Source: Paramoeba atlantica
Taxonomy: Eukaryota > Protista > Discosea
Reading direction: 5' to 3'
DNA: 64,000 nucleotides
Assembly (NCBI GenBank): GCA_977017575.1
Contig: CDRNVI010000083.1
Location: forward strand, 186,001 to 250,000
The notes beneath the pieces are model-generated. The model was not told where the DNA came from. It saw only the letters and a list, made by a program, of their open reading frames with translations, and did not search any database. Position 1 is the stretch's first letter. Every line of letters begins with the position of its first letter. The position numbers and the translations under genes were made by a program. This document shows positions 22,738-34,005 of this stretch, one piece after another.

Positions 22738-23445
22738 CACCCCCGCCAAAAAGTATTGTAATTTATTAGTATCGACCAAATATTCGTGGTCGATACTAAT
22801 AAATACAATACTTTTTGTCGATTTCCACGAGTTGCTACTGGCTTCCAAAAAGTTGGACTTTATCATATGGGATCCTGCTATTTTCAAAATAGCACCAATT
22901 TCAGCCTTCCACCGTCGCTTGTAGTAGAGCCTGGGGTGCTCTTTTCTTTGATGCCATGCGCGGCGCCCGCCACTAAAGATGCACGTACGGCAGTTCCAGT
23001 TTCTCGAAGCTTTAGAAAAGCACTGAGTAAAAGTTCATTTTCAGATGGAGAAAGCATAGGGGCACGACCTCGATTTCCAACTTTATTTAATGAATCCAAG
23101 CCTTTGTAGAAACTTATTATTGAGGCAGAAACGTTGCGCTTGAATTTTTTCTCGAACGTAACCTTCACGTTGTCGCGGTTGAAGTTTCCACGGGTCTGCG
23201 CGAACAACCATTCGCGGTGATCATCACTCAGCTGCCCTCGAGATGAAGTTGCGTCTTGGATAAGCTCTGAAACGACGCTCTCCACGATCAAGTGGCCGCG
23301 TATATCAGAACTCATTATGTAAATTTCTGGAAAGTTCGAGAAAAAAATAAAATTCTGGTCAAAACTCAAAAAAATGGTCGATACTAATAAATACAATGAT
23401 TTTTGTGTCGGCCATTTTTGTGGACAGTACTTTTTGGCGGGGGTG
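22738..23445 (-). mobile_element. pogo/Tigger-like non-autonomous element retaining the DNA-binding N-terminus
   Basis: Perfect 18-bp TIR CACCCCCGCCAAAAAGTA, TA on both sides, subterminal GTCGATACTAATAAATACAAT repeats. The ORF has RGRAPMLSPSENELLLSAFLKLRETGTAVRASLVAGAAHGI (CENP-B-like HTH) but no DDE. Confidence 0.75.
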
Positions 23446-24203
23446 TATTCCTGTACCTTCTTAATATTCCTACCAGGAATATTAACCCGGACAGTAGTTT
23501 AATTCGGTATACTTTACCTACATGCAATCATCCTAGCGGCCGAGCCAAATAACCTTCTCAAAAAATGTCAAAAAAACCTACACGAACCTACACGGATTAC
23601 CACGAACCTACACGTACCTACACAGCTCGTCACGGACCAACACGAACTTACACAGACCTACTGCACACTCTCCAATACAAAAAGAAATGAATCAAAATCA
23701 TTTAAGGTACAACTTTTCAGTTCCTGTCATCGAGCGGGTAAACGTGGGTAAAGCGGGTAAGTTCAGTAACTTGACTGAAGTGCAACGACTTTTAAAGTTA
23801 ATTTAAAAATATGTTACTGAATGGCATTCAGTAAGCCAAATACAGTAAGCCGAATAATTTTTCATAATGTGATAATGGACTACTCACTCAATCCTGTAAA
23901 AAAATTCCGAGCAAAAGTTACAAAGTGGTGCCCAACCGCGAAGCATTCCCAAACTGCTCATTCTGTTTCACATGCAAGTAAAGGAACACGCCTTGCCGTT
24001 TATTCGGTGAAGCATTCTTTATTTTCCTTTTACAGGCGTTTGTCTACACCTCTTTAAGAGTAGTCTGGTAAGAGTCTTACCACTGCTATCATTTTTACAA
24101 TTTTTGCACCATGCAAAAGTAAACGAGTTCACAAAGTGTCACTCGTAACCTTTCGTACATGAGCGAGGTAGGACAGAAAACAGCTATTCGTTAAACTCAC
24201 TAG

Positions 24204-25583
24204 TTATAGCATCACAAGACCTATCCGAGATGGAGGCAGTTGAGGCAGATGCCAGTTAAAAAGATAGTATTGAAGGTATCCATCACCCATTCCGAACTTG
24301 AGGTCTTCAAAAACTCTCGCATTATCCATCATATCAAGTGCGTTATACACATCACAACGCTCCTTAGAGGCTCGTATCAAAGCTTCCTGAAAAAGCTCTT
24401 TTAAACTCACTGTGTTCGCGACGTGGTAGTACGAATACGCCACGCGAAGCTCCTCATGTTTGGCATTCCCCGTAATGGTGCTGGGCAGGACATAAAAGCT
24501 CATCAGATCCGTGACCCCCTCCCCCGGTACTTCCCGTACGTACGTGTGTAACACATTACCCACAGGAAGCAGCCAGTGCGCGACCTCCTCTTCTGAGAAG
24601 TGTGGCGTGAGAGCGTACTTTTTTAAGTCATTCTGCAGCACCCGTTGAACAGCGCTAACATCACCCGGGCGCATTACCCGGAGATACGACACTGTCCCCT
24701 GTGCGGGGAGAGCATAATGTCGCCGTGTCATCCCCAGCGGGTTCTTAAACCGTTTCATAAAAGCCTCTGGAATCTTCGAGAACCCCACCTCCAGGAGTTT
24801 CTCCGGGTGCAGCGGTCGGTGCCAGTACCGACACTTGGCCACAGGTACCGTCAGGGGGGTACCGCTGGTGAATACGGCATAGAAAATACCCCGGTGGTTC
24901 ACACGCCGCGTGATCTCTTTGATAAGAATTGGTGCCAGTCGTTTCTCACGTAGTTTGTGGTGAATACACAGAAAGTTAATCTCCACTACGGTGTGGATGC
25001 GGTCCCCGAGCCGTACCGTACACGGCACCGCGGTGATACTCGCGAGCAGGGTGCCATCGAAGACACGACGTACCCCGATGTGCCAGCTGGGGTCATACCG
25101 CGGCGGGGTCAGCGCCCAGCGTAGGAACGCGGTGGGGTACTGAAACCGAAACATCGCGTCGTCGTCCTCCACGTAGTGGTGGAGCAGCAGCTCGTGTAGC
25201 TCAGAGAGGTGGGTGGGGTTGTGTACGACATCGAGTGTGCACCAGTGGAGGGTGTTGGCGAGGGGGTAGGGATCCGCGCGTAGGGCTGCGGGGTCGACGG
25301 TTCGCATAGGACCTTCGTGGGGAACAGCCTCGCCTGCGCGTGTCACGGGTTGGGTGTCCCAAAACAAGTGAGGTCGGCTGGAGTTTGCGGATTCAGTTTC
25401 CATGTTGTGTTTCTCAATCTCTTTTTTCTGTCGAGCCCATATGGAGGTATAGGTAGGTTCATCGGGGTGGGAACCTGTGGTGAGAAATTTTGTTTCTGGC
25501 TCGCTTGTTGATTGTTTTACGGTAAGGGATTCTAGAGGCAGAATTACGTTGGTAACGTCTTGTTTTTTCTCAGGTACACTCAT
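24204..25583 (-). CDS. NMT: Glycylpeptide N-myristoyltransferase
   Basis: HLFWDTQPV, HYVEDDDAMFRFQY, VEINFLCIHHKLREKRLAPILIKEITRR, KFGMGDG.LQYYLFNW. Confidence 0.97.
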   Translation of the reverse strand: MSVPEKKQDVTNVILPLESLTVKQSTSEPETKFLTTGSHPDEPTYTSIWARQKKEIEKHNMETESANSSRPHLFWDTQPVTRAGEAVPHEGPMRTVDPAALRADPYPLANTLHWCTLDVVHNPTHLSELHELLLHHYVEDDDAMFRFQYPTAFLRWALTPPRYDPSWHIGVRRVFDGTLLASITAVPCTVRLGDRIHTVVEINFLCIHHKLREKRLAPILIKEITRRVNHRGIFYAVFTSGTPLTVPVAKCRYWHRPLHPEKLLEVGFSKIPEAFMKRFKNPLGMTRRHYALPAQGTVSYLRVMRPGDVSAVQRVLQNDLKKYALTPHFSEEEVAHWLLPVGNVLHTYVREVPGEGVTDLMSFYVLPSTITGNAKHEELRVAYSYYHVANTVSLKELFQEALIRASKERCDVYNALDMMDNARVFEDLKFGMGDGYLQYYLFNWHLPQLPPSRIGLVML

Positions 25584-25984
25584 AGAACAAGGAAAAAGTC
25601 AGTGAAAAAATGAAACACTACAGGAGACTGTTGAGTATCTTGACTAATTTTTCTACAGGTTAGTATACGAAAAATTTAATACTGCCACTGATTCCTAAAA
25701 AGGCTAATTCACGTCGGCATGCGCCCACGCAAGAAACTTGTGTAAACAATTTTTACTGTATACTACTCGTACAATTACAAGTCCGTGTGATGAGTCAAGA
25801 ACTCAATATTACGATGACGGTCTTCGCGAAATACTAATGGTCCCTCATGTACAGAGGCAAGATACACCGACCAAAGATAAGCTAAATTCTGTCGCCAGAT
25901 TCTGTGCCGGGTGGTTCCCCAATACACAACATGTGAGCATATTACCACACACTCGTTAAACCACATGGCTCAGTAAAAGAAAAA

Positions 25985-28348
25985 CTACGTTTTGACGACA
26001 AGGGTCATTTCCTCTTTCAGTGGCTGTGCCTCACGTGCTTTGGCCTGTCGTATCTTCAGCACAGTCAAGCGCCAGGCCACACCCCACGCCGCGGCACACA
26101 GCAGCAGAAAACACATAATAATAATCAGCGCGTTTCGGGTCTGCAGACGGTTCATACAGACACTCTCCTCACTGGCGTGGGAGGCTCGAATCCAGTGACA
26201 CCCATTGGCGACACACTCGGACTCGTTCTGGCCCAGGGCTCGGCACTGACGGTTGAACCGATCCGCAAGGGCTCCCGCTATCACGGGACTGGGGAAATCC
26301 CCCAGCAGGTGGATGAGAAACACTGAGAAGGACATGGCATACGTCCGTAGAGCGGGGCTCACAGCACTAAGCGTGGCAGCATTCACCGGAGCCGAGGTCC
26401 CGAAGATCAGCAACTCCCCAAGAAACATAAGGACAAAGAAAGCGTAGGGGTTCGTACACATCAACGCTCCCAAACCCAACGGAAAGGCCAACACAATAAG
26501 CACGACATCAATACGGTGACAGTTTCGCAGTCCGTAAAGTCCATTCGACCCCCCAAGCCAGTCCACGAGTTTCCCCCCCATTGCGGTCCCCACGAGCCCC
26601 GTGACGGCGGTGCATATCCCAAAGAACACGGAGGCGGACCACTCATCCAGCTGCAGCGGTCCCTCCTCGAGGTACGTGATCGTCCACACCGCAATCCCCC
26701 CAATCACAAAGGTAAACAGCGCGTACCCCAGCACGGTGAAGTTCCACACGGAGTTCGTCACCAGCGCGGTGATCGCCTCCCACGGGTGCAGCGGGGGGGC
26801 CACGAGCGAGACCGCGGTGACCGAATCCAGAGAAGAGGAAGCAGAAGAGGAAGAGGAGCCCATCCCCCCGTCCTCGTGATCCGTGAACTCGGCCTCCCCC
26901 CGCGGGGTCTGCGGGGAGATATCCAGTGAGGTGCGGGAGGACTGGGACTCCAGCAAGGGGTCGCGTGCGACAGGGTGCGGCCGGGGTCGTGTGCCCCAGG
27001 CGGGGGTGGGCTGTGGTGGATCGTGTCGCCGGGGTGTTGCATAGGGGGTGAGTGTGACCTCTTTATGGGAGGAAACCGCTCCTCGGGGGGAGATGGTACG
27101 GGTGGAGGGGGTGTGCTGCCCTTTTGTTGGGAGCTCGGGGAGCTCCAACTGTGGCACTTCCTCACACGAGGGTTCCGGCGACTCCTCAAAGGAATACCGC
27201 CAAGTCTCGTGATCCCCCGTCACGGGGGGACGCTCCACGGAAAACGCCTTACGCTGGGGGACTTGAGGGGAGCGCAGTGGGGTGTTCTCCGTCTCGGGGC
27301 GTGGGGTCGAGCGCACCCGCTCCCGTCGCCGTTCCCTACGTGCGGTGCGAAGTACCTCGAACTCCTCCTCCGCTTCCTGCTCCTTCTGCACCGCAATGTA
27401 GTCCATCGGCTCTCCCACGAGGTGGTGCACGAAATCGGGTTCCGCCACCACATGGGAGGTGACATGGTGACGCGCGGGGTTGTAGGACAGCGGCAGGAGA
27501 AAGACAAGAACGAGAATGGGAAGCATGGCGATACCCTCGGTGAGGAAAGCCAAGCGCCACCCCGTGAAGCTCCCCGCGGTGACTTGGCTAATGATACCTC
27601 CCATGGCCATCCCGGCGGCCTGGCCTACGGCGAGCATAGAAAAGTAGAGCCCAATCCAGAGCGTTCGGGAGGATTTCGGGGCCATGTCGTCGATGATGGT
27701 ACACGCAAAGCCCGCATAGGCCGCCTCACCGATCCCAACCAGACCCCGGGCCACCGCGAGTCCGGAGAAGGTGGTGACCATGGCACAAGACATGGCAGCC
27801 ATGGTCCATATCAATAACCCAAGGGATACGATCCGGGTGGGTCGCATCCACCGTTCCCCCATTGCGAAGATGGGGCACATAGCCATATACCCCGCCATGA
27901 AGATACTCACTAGACTCCCTCCCTGGACACTGCTGAGAATGCCGTACCGGGCGATGTAGTGATCTGTTTTAATGTGAGGCAGAGCGGCGGCCAGTACCCC
28001 GCGGTCATAATAGGTAAGAAAATTCATTGTCATAAAAAGCCCCAAGACGAATCGGGGGGTGTACAATCGTGTCCGAAAAGATTGTATCCTCTGTTTTGTC
28101 TTTTCGCTTACCCAAGCGCCAGTTGTCCGAGCGCACTGCTCTTGGTATTGTTTTAGCATGTTTCCCATCTTGCAACGGAACTTGCGATGAAAAGACGTAG
28201 ATTTTCGAGTACTGGTAGGACTGCGGGTACTTGTCCGGCCTGTCGGACTACTATCGTGCGACACTAGCACAAAAGTCGAATAATTTCGAGTGTGATCACC
28301 CTCGAAGACACTACTGGGTTTATGCAGCGTGGAAGACTCCGAATTCAT
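25985..28348 (-). CDS. MFS transporter, Spinster family, with a large low-complexity central loop
   Basis: MNFLTYYDRG, ARGLVGIGEAAY, TIIDD.AP...R..W, HLLGDFPSP; 12-TM-like pattern. The true start may be a downstream ATG. Confidence 0.88.
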   Translation of the reverse strand: MNSESSTLHKPSSVFEGDHTRNYSTFVLVSHDSSPTGRTSTRSPTSTRKSTSFHRKFRCKMGNMLKQYQEQCARTTGAWVSEKTKQRIQSFRTRLYTPRFVLGLFMTMNFLTYYDRGVLAAALPHIKTDHYIARYGILSSVQGGSLVSIFMAGYMAMCPIFAMGERWMRPTRIVSLGLLIWTMAAMSCAMVTTFSGLAVARGLVGIGEAAYAGFACTIIDDMAPKSSRTLWIGLYFSMLAVGQAAGMAMGGIISQVTAGSFTGWRLAFLTEGIAMLPILVLVFLLPLSYNPARHHVTSHVVAEPDFVHHLVGEPMDYIAVQKEQEAEEEFEVLRTARRERRRERVRSTPRPETENTPLRSPQVPQRKAFSVERPPVTGDHETWRYSFEESPEPSCEEVPQLELPELPTKGQHTPSTRTISPRGAVSSHKEVTLTPYATPRRHDPPQPTPAWGTRPRPHPVARDPLLESQSSRTSLDISPQTPRGEAEFTDHEDGGMGSSSSSASSSLDSVTAVSLVAPPLHPWEAITALVTNSVWNFTVLGYALFTFVIGGIAVWTITYLEEGPLQLDEWSASVFFGICTAVTGLVGTAMGGKLVDWLGGSNGLYGLRNCHRIDVVLIVLAFPLGLGALMCTNPYAFFVLMFLGELLIFGTSAPVNAATLSAVSPALRTYAMSFSVFLIHLLGDFPSPVIAGALADRFNRQCRALGQNESECVANGCHWIRASHASEESVCMNRLQTRNALIIIMCFLLLCAAAWGVAWRLTVLKIRQAKAREAQPLKEEMTLVVKT

Positions 28349-28616
28349 AGTACAGCACGAAAACTATTGACCACTTAAAAAATAAGAAATGCAGAAAATA
28401 TGGTGTACAAGAAATTAATGCAGTGATAATAAATATATCGAAAATAAAATAAGAGTGTATTAAGAAATGTCGATATCGTATCCTATCAAGTATTCGTGTT
28501 TTTCAAAGAGTTTCAAAAAAAAATGCAAGTTGTGAGCTTCAACTAAATAAGAAGTTTTGGAGGGTTATCGTGGAAGCATATGACTGGTTTCATTCGAGCA
28601 CTTATCAATAGAAAAT

Positions 28617-29213
28617 TCAATACGTTGGATTAATCGGAGTCATTCCCGGTAGTGGCTTCGGGGGTGGAGGCTTGCGTGGGACTCCTAACCGCCCAGCATT
28701 GCCTGCTCTTCCCGGCGCAGATGGAGGGAATATCATCAGTAGCACAATCCGCATGGTGACGTACAGAGAAGACCACAGAAGAACAAGACGAAACCACGCC
28801 TGAACTCGTGGATTCGCACCTACGTAATTTCGCTTGCGACTTCCACCCATCAGGACCTCGTCATCATCTTCTGCGGGGCGTGTGCGTCCGGTGTGCATCT
28901 CTTTGTAGAAATCCTCGTAGGAACGCGCTCGACTCGAACCGGAGGTAGTGTATCGAAAGTGACTGTAGCGATCGGTGTTTCCGCCGCCCCCTGAGCTGTC
29001 TCCCTTCGGAATCCATATACCGTCCTTTACCTGCTCGTAGGCCATGGAAATCCTTTGAAAACTTTCATGAGATCCACCTGGGGCATCAGGGTGGTGCTCG
29101 CGTGCAAGCCTACGGTAAGCTTTTTTAACTTCCTCTTTTGAAGCTCCGGGGCGAATCCCCAGTACTTTGTACGGGTTTTCTGCGGTATAACGAAGAAAAG
29201 CCCGACGAAACAT
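28617..29213 (-). CDS. J-domain (DnaJ) protein, probably mitochondrial, with one TM helix
   Basis: NPYKVLG...KKAYRRLAREHHPD; presequence-like MFRRAFLR; hydrophobic helix near the C-terminus. Confidence 0.9.
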   Translation of the reverse strand: MFRRAFLRYTAENPYKVLGIRPGASKEEVKKAYRRLAREHHPDAPGGSHESFQRISMAYEQVKDGIWIPKGDSSGGGGNTDRYSHFRYTTSGSSRARSYEDFYKEMHTGRTRPAEDDDEVLMGGSRKRNYVGANPRVQAWFRLVLLWSSLYVTMRIVLLMIFPPSAPGRAGNAGRLGVPRKPPPPKPLPGMTPINPTY

Positions 29214-29549
29214 ATGGACCTAAGTGGAATAATATCACTGTTACTATAAATCTTCTCTGCAGTTGATTAAAAATCTCTCAATTCATAATATACAATACTT
29301 TATACAACATTCAGTTTACATTGTTTTGTTTGTTTCAAAAAATTCCCAAAAGCAACACCAATGAGGGGGGGTACCAGGGCAACGCTAGGATAAGGGGGAT
29401 GATAGACTGATCTAAACGGTGTGTCTAAGCGCTCCTGAAATTTTCATAGCCATACAGGGTCCAAGACATCGAAGCGTACTTTTCCCCCAAAGTGAGATGC
29501 ACTTAAATGGAAGGGTGCAGTAAAGTTTACCGCATTGGGTAAACATTGA

Positions 29550-30470
29550 TTAAGCACTGAAAAGATCTATCGCGTATGTCTCATACAATCTCGGAGAGAG
29601 TATTCTTTCTACGTTCTCAGAGTCTTGTAATTCACGAGATTCAATATTCGGAATTGGAAGCGAAGCACGTTTCTCTGTAACGTCAACAAATATTCTGCTT
29701 TCAGAAAATTGGTAGTACCAACGCACATCACGGAGAATTACGACCACATTCTCGATTCTCAAATAGTATCGTAAACGTATGAAAAGACAGTTCGACATCA
29801 CGCGGTACCGAAGTGTCATGCACACCATCCCGCAATCGTGTAAATCATCTTCAAATAGCTCAACAGTGTCTTGTAGTATAATATTGCCATCCGTTTTTCG
29901 TAGATCTTCATATTTGATTCCAGTAACTTTTATTGGAACCAAGAAATTTGAATCTACGTTAGAATATTCTTTCTTGGTAGAACCTTTACTTGGAATTCGC
30001 CGCCAATCTCCCATGTATTTGCCACGAAAGGTCCAATCAATCCCTGGATTATATGGTGTTACTGTTTCATCATCTATGCCTTCTGTGAAGGTGTTGGACT
30101 CGTCATTGCTGTGCGTCACACGTTTTTTGTTCCACGCTGATGCTTGGGAAACGTGGAGAGGATCCTTCGCATACGACTCGTCACTGTGATATTTTGCAGC
30201 ATTTTTTAATGCCCCACGTAGAGTAAAGCGAAGCGAAAATATAGGATGTGTACGACTTTCCTGATTTGAAGGGTTTTCAGAATAAAAGTCAAAGTGTGCA
30301 AAATTCTGGTCAAAGCACATTTCCGGGATTTGAGATATTTTATACTTCCTCTCTATCTCATGGCAAACTCTCGAGGATTCGATAGGAGAGCGACCTTGGC
30401 TTGAAACTCCGACGTTCTTGATAACCAATGTTTTAGGGGAAGCGAAAGTGGTGAAACGGTCGGCAACCAT
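29550..30470 (-). CDS. TIP41: TIP41/TIPRL-like PP2A regulator
   Basis: IPEMCF, DWTF...Y.G, LFEDDLHDCG, FIRLRYYLRIENV; first ATG at 30470. Confidence 0.85.
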   Translation of the reverse strand: MVADRFTTFASPKTLVIKNVGVSSQGRSPIESSRVCHEIERKYKISQIPEMCFDQNFAHFDFYSENPSNQESRTHPIFSLRFTLRGALKNAAKYHSDESYAKDPLHVSQASAWNKKRVTHSNDESNTFTEGIDDETVTPYNPGIDWTFRGKYMGDWRRIPSKGSTKKEYSNVDSNFLVPIKVTGIKYEDLRKTDGNIILQDTVELFEDDLHDCGMVCMTLRYRVMSNCLFIRLRYYLRIENVVVILRDVRWYYQFSESRIFVDVTEKRASLPIPNIESRELQDSENVERILSPRLYETYAIDLFSA

Positions 30471-30789
30471 TCTCGTGAAAACACGAAAACTATTTCTTAA
30501 AGCCAATTTACTCAATTTTTACTCAAATTTACTCAATTTTTAGGTTTGCGCATATAACAAAGTATTGAACAGCAAATTATTTAGTTTATACAACATACGA
30601 TGTATGTTGCATGGTAATTAAGCATATGAGGACAACATAAGTATAACATACTATTCCTCTCCTTAATTTCTATACATATAAATTAACCCCCTCTCAAAAC
30701 CCTGTAGAAATAGGTGGCTGTGATTGTTTTTAGTTTGCCCTATCCCCTAATGAGTGAAGAACTTTGTCTAAGAAAGGAAGAACCCGATA

Positions 30790-31638
30790 TCAATCAAAAT
30801 AGTCACAAAGCAAAATTTTTGGAAACGGAGTTGGAGCCACAGACGTAATGTTGTTACCAAGAAGATCTACGCGAAAGAGAGAAGCCGGCGCATTGGAGAG
30901 GTCTACGTGTCCGAAAATCTTATTGTTACGTAAATACATAAAATTCAGCGATGGTGGGAGAGATGACAAATCTATTTCTCCGCACAGATTGTTATTAGAC
31001 AGATCAATGTATATTAACGTGTTTGGCAGATGCGTCAGATCTATGCCCTCACTGAACATATTATTCGCCATGAAAAGGCGTTCCAAGTTCGAAGGCAAAT
31101 TCACTAAGTTTAGCTCCCCTGAGAAAAGATTCATATGAAGATCTAATCTCAGTAGTGTCACAGGAAGTTCATGAATTGATACTGTGCCTTCGAAGGAATT
31201 TTGAGAAGCCTCAAATGATACTAAGTTGGCGGGCAGATATTCCAGAGACACTTCACAGCAAAATTCATTGTGAATAATGTTAAACGTTTTGAGTAACGGT
31301 GGTAAATCAGGAATCGATAGAGATCCTGTGAGACTATTCTTGTCCGATGATGAGTAGAAATGTCCTAAAATGAGAACTCGAAGTGTTCGGGGGAGATCTC
31401 TCCATGAAATCGTTCCCTCAAGGCCCCTGAAACTCCAGTCTATCTCAGTAACCTGTAGGTCAGAGTCACATTTTACGCCTTTCCACTTACATGCAGAATT
31501 ATCTGTAGTCCACGTGGACTGAAGATTCGAAGCATTACGCAGTGCCCGAGATAGATCGTATTCTTGCGGCAGCAGAGCCCCACGAACTCGAGAAGCTTTT
31601 CCTACAGACAAATTGTCCGCAGCACTTAAGAGAAACAT
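30790..31638 (-). CDS. Short LRR protein with N-terminal signal (family member 2)
   Basis: MFLLSAAD..ASRVRGALLPQEYDL, W....ACKWKGVKC cap, about 8 LPxxL LRRs. Confidence 0.88.
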   Translation of the reverse strand: MFLLSAADNLSVGKASRVRGALLPQEYDLSRALRNASNLQSTWTTDNSACKWKGVKCDSDLQVTEIDWSFRGLEGTISWRDLPRTLRVLILGHFYSSSDKNSLTGSLSIPDLPPLLKTFNIIHNEFCCEVSLEYLPANLVSFEASQNSFEGTVSIHELPVTLLRLDLHMNLFSGELNLVNLPSNLERLFMANNMFSEGIDLTHLPNTLIYIDLSNNNLCGEIDLSSLPPSLNFMYLRNNKIFGHVDLSNAPASLFRVDLLGNNITSVAPTPFPKILLCDYFD

Positions 31639-31829
31639 AAAGATATGGAATATGGACAAAAAATTAGCACGAAGATATTAGACCATGAAGGAATAGAGAA
31701 GCTACAATATTATCATATAGGGGGATTCCAATAGAGGTTTGGCCATTTTGGTCCAAAACATACCTCTATTACTGGGGGGATATACGGTACAGCGATATTT
31801 CATGTTTCGGTATTATCGCGAAACAAATT

Positions 31830-33704
31830 TTACATCGCGAACACCCCCTTAAATCTAGCATCACAAAGGAGCAATCTCGTGCAACTAAAAATTGGCTGAT
31901 TGCTCTGGGTAAATAAGTCTTTGTTATTTAGAGTGGTAAGATCCACAGTCCGAGGCATCACGGGAAGCCTATATGAAGCGATGTGAGATCCAGAGGGAAT
32001 GTGAAAATAGGAAAGCGTTGCCTCAGAAGACTCTCGTAAAGGTGAAGCAACTGAAAGTATCGAATCTTGCAGTGATACATCAAGCGCAACATGTTGGAGG
32101 GCCCGTGATCTGTCACCTGTGGTGTAAATGTGAACGGGATATTGTGATTTTCGTATGTCAAACAGACAGCATTCCCCGTCACGTGATCGAGTAAGGAAAG
32201 TACAGTCTTCAAGTGCTTTCATCTCTAGGAAGCCAGAGTTATGGTGCGTACTCAAGACATGCATTCTTTTATGATGCATTTCGTACGCCGTGCATATTCT
32301 ATTTTCAACTGAGTACGTGTGAGAAAGAAGATTAAGATTCTCGCGCTGCACATAACACATTGACCCATCGCATCGTCCAAGTATAAAGCCGTTTGAAGAT
32401 ACGAAAGGTCGACACACGGCGGTCGGATTCAGCAGAAAATCTGTTTTGTTGCATCGTCTTCTGCGAACTGCAATAAATACCATCTGCTCATTCCAGAGCG
32501 GATCGACACAAACACACACCTCGCGCTTTGTTGTAAGTGCAAAAAACCGTTCTTGATCACAAACGTGTAAGGGCGCGCTTGAGGGATTCGCTGTGCGTAC
32601 CATTGGCTTCCGAATCTCATCGAGAGACGAATCCTCATCTACACCTAATGGATAATTGGAAAAGTCATTTGTTAGTACCATATCTGCGCCGTGGTGAAAA
32701 ACAATGTAAGGATATTGCCCCTTCCACCCAACATTAAACAAGATTTCAGGAAACGTATGCTGTGTTGTCAAGGAATCAACTCTTTTCTGTGAGTGCGCGA
32801 AAATATGTTGCGAATTTATTTGAAGGGTAGATCCGTTATCCAGCATAGCCGTTCTGAGGCAGTCGTCATTGTATGTGGAAGACATTCCAAGCAGAGCCGA
32901 TCGAAAATTTCGAAAATTATGATCCTTTCTTAGTCCGCATGGAACCAGTAAAGTTTGGTGGTTTAAGTTCATACCTTCAGCATAAAATTTTTGATTCGTG
33001 CGCCATAGCATTAATCTTGCCAAGCAAATATCCTGCACTGCTGTGCAATAAGATGAATCATGCATCGCCGGTACCTTGTGATTCACGTGTCCACTGATTT
33101 GGGACGAAAAATTAGAAGTTTGCGAGGGACTAGAGGAAGCTACTAAACAGTCTCGTGATTGATTCATTGATGCTGCTAGCGGATCGCTGAACACCGCACC
33201 AGGTAAGAAGTAAGAGGTATTATGCATCGGAACATTGTCTTTTCTCAATTTTTTAGATGTAAAATTGACCATCCGCATGTTCTCAAGTGTGTGGAATACA
33301 TTTGCGGAGCAGAAAACATGCCCGATAGAAAATCTCCGAGAAGCACAGTAACCTGGACTTCTGGTATTATTTAAAGAATTTTGATGATGCATATGTTTCC
33401 CTTTTCTGCCCGGTTTATGACACTGTACGCCATATTGCTTTTTCTTCAGTAAAACCTTTTGCGAGCCTACACTAGGAACACTAGGAGCGTTGTTTCTGGA
33501 TCTCCAGAAAGTAGGATCTGTTTTTCCATGGGGCAGGCAAAGATAAAAACGATCACCACGTAGACATGAAGCTGAAATAGTTTCATCAGCTACTGTGTCA
33601 TAAAAATAGTGACTCCGTAGCGCCGGATGCAAGGAGGACACCTTGAAGTACTCACCACGTACCAGATCATAATAAAAACCAATTAAAGGGGGTATGGAAT
33701 CCAT
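31830..33704 (-). CDS. Divergent WD40 protein, DCAF4/WDR21-like
   Basis: N-terminal PPLIGFYYDLVRGEYFK resembles the DCAF4 PG.Y.D.E..RYF motif; C-terminal RSRDGECCLFDIRK is WD-like. Confidence 0.5.
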   Translation of the reverse strand: MDSIPPLIGFYYDLVRGEYFKVSSLHPALRSHYFYDTVADETISASCLRGDRFYLCLPHGKTDPTFWRSRNNAPSVPSVGSQKVLLKKKQYGVQCHKPGRKGKHMHHQNSLNNTRSPGYCASRRFSIGHVFCSANVFHTLENMRMVNFTSKKLRKDNVPMHNTSYFLPGAVFSDPLAASMNQSRDCLVASSSPSQTSNFSSQISGHVNHKVPAMHDSSYCTAVQDICLARLMLWRTNQKFYAEGMNLNHQTLLVPCGLRKDHNFRNFRSALLGMSSTYNDDCLRTAMLDNGSTLQINSQHIFAHSQKRVDSLTTQHTFPEILFNVGWKGQYPYIVFHHGADMVLTNDFSNYPLGVDEDSSLDEIRKPMVRTANPSSAPLHVCDQERFFALTTKREVCVCVDPLWNEQMVFIAVRRRRCNKTDFLLNPTAVCRPFVSSNGFILGRCDGSMCYVQRENLNLLSHTYSVENRICTAYEMHHKRMHVLSTHHNSGFLEMKALEDCTFLTRSRDGECCLFDIRKSQYPVHIYTTGDRSRALQHVALDVSLQDSILSVASPLRESSEATLSYFHIPSGSHIASYRLPVMPRTVDLTTLNNKDLFTQSNQPIFSCTRLLLCDARFKGVFAM

Positions 33705-34005
33705 ACTTTGAAAGAGAAAAATTTATATACAAAAAATGGTATTCGGAAAATCGAAACAACGATTCCTACGGTCTGCGTCGTAACCGTCCCCTCTCAGGAA
33801 ATTTTTGCGTTTATCGACCTCTTGTATTGACGTCCAGTTTAATACTATCCTTCCTGTGAAGGAAGAAAAAGATTATACACAAAAATACATGTATAAGAGA
33901 CATCCTGATAATTCATTTTAATGGCAATTCGACTGCTAGAGAACAAAAATACTACCGCTGCTTCTTGTGTTTCGTGGGATATCACGCTGTCCTCTTGGTG
34001 AATCT

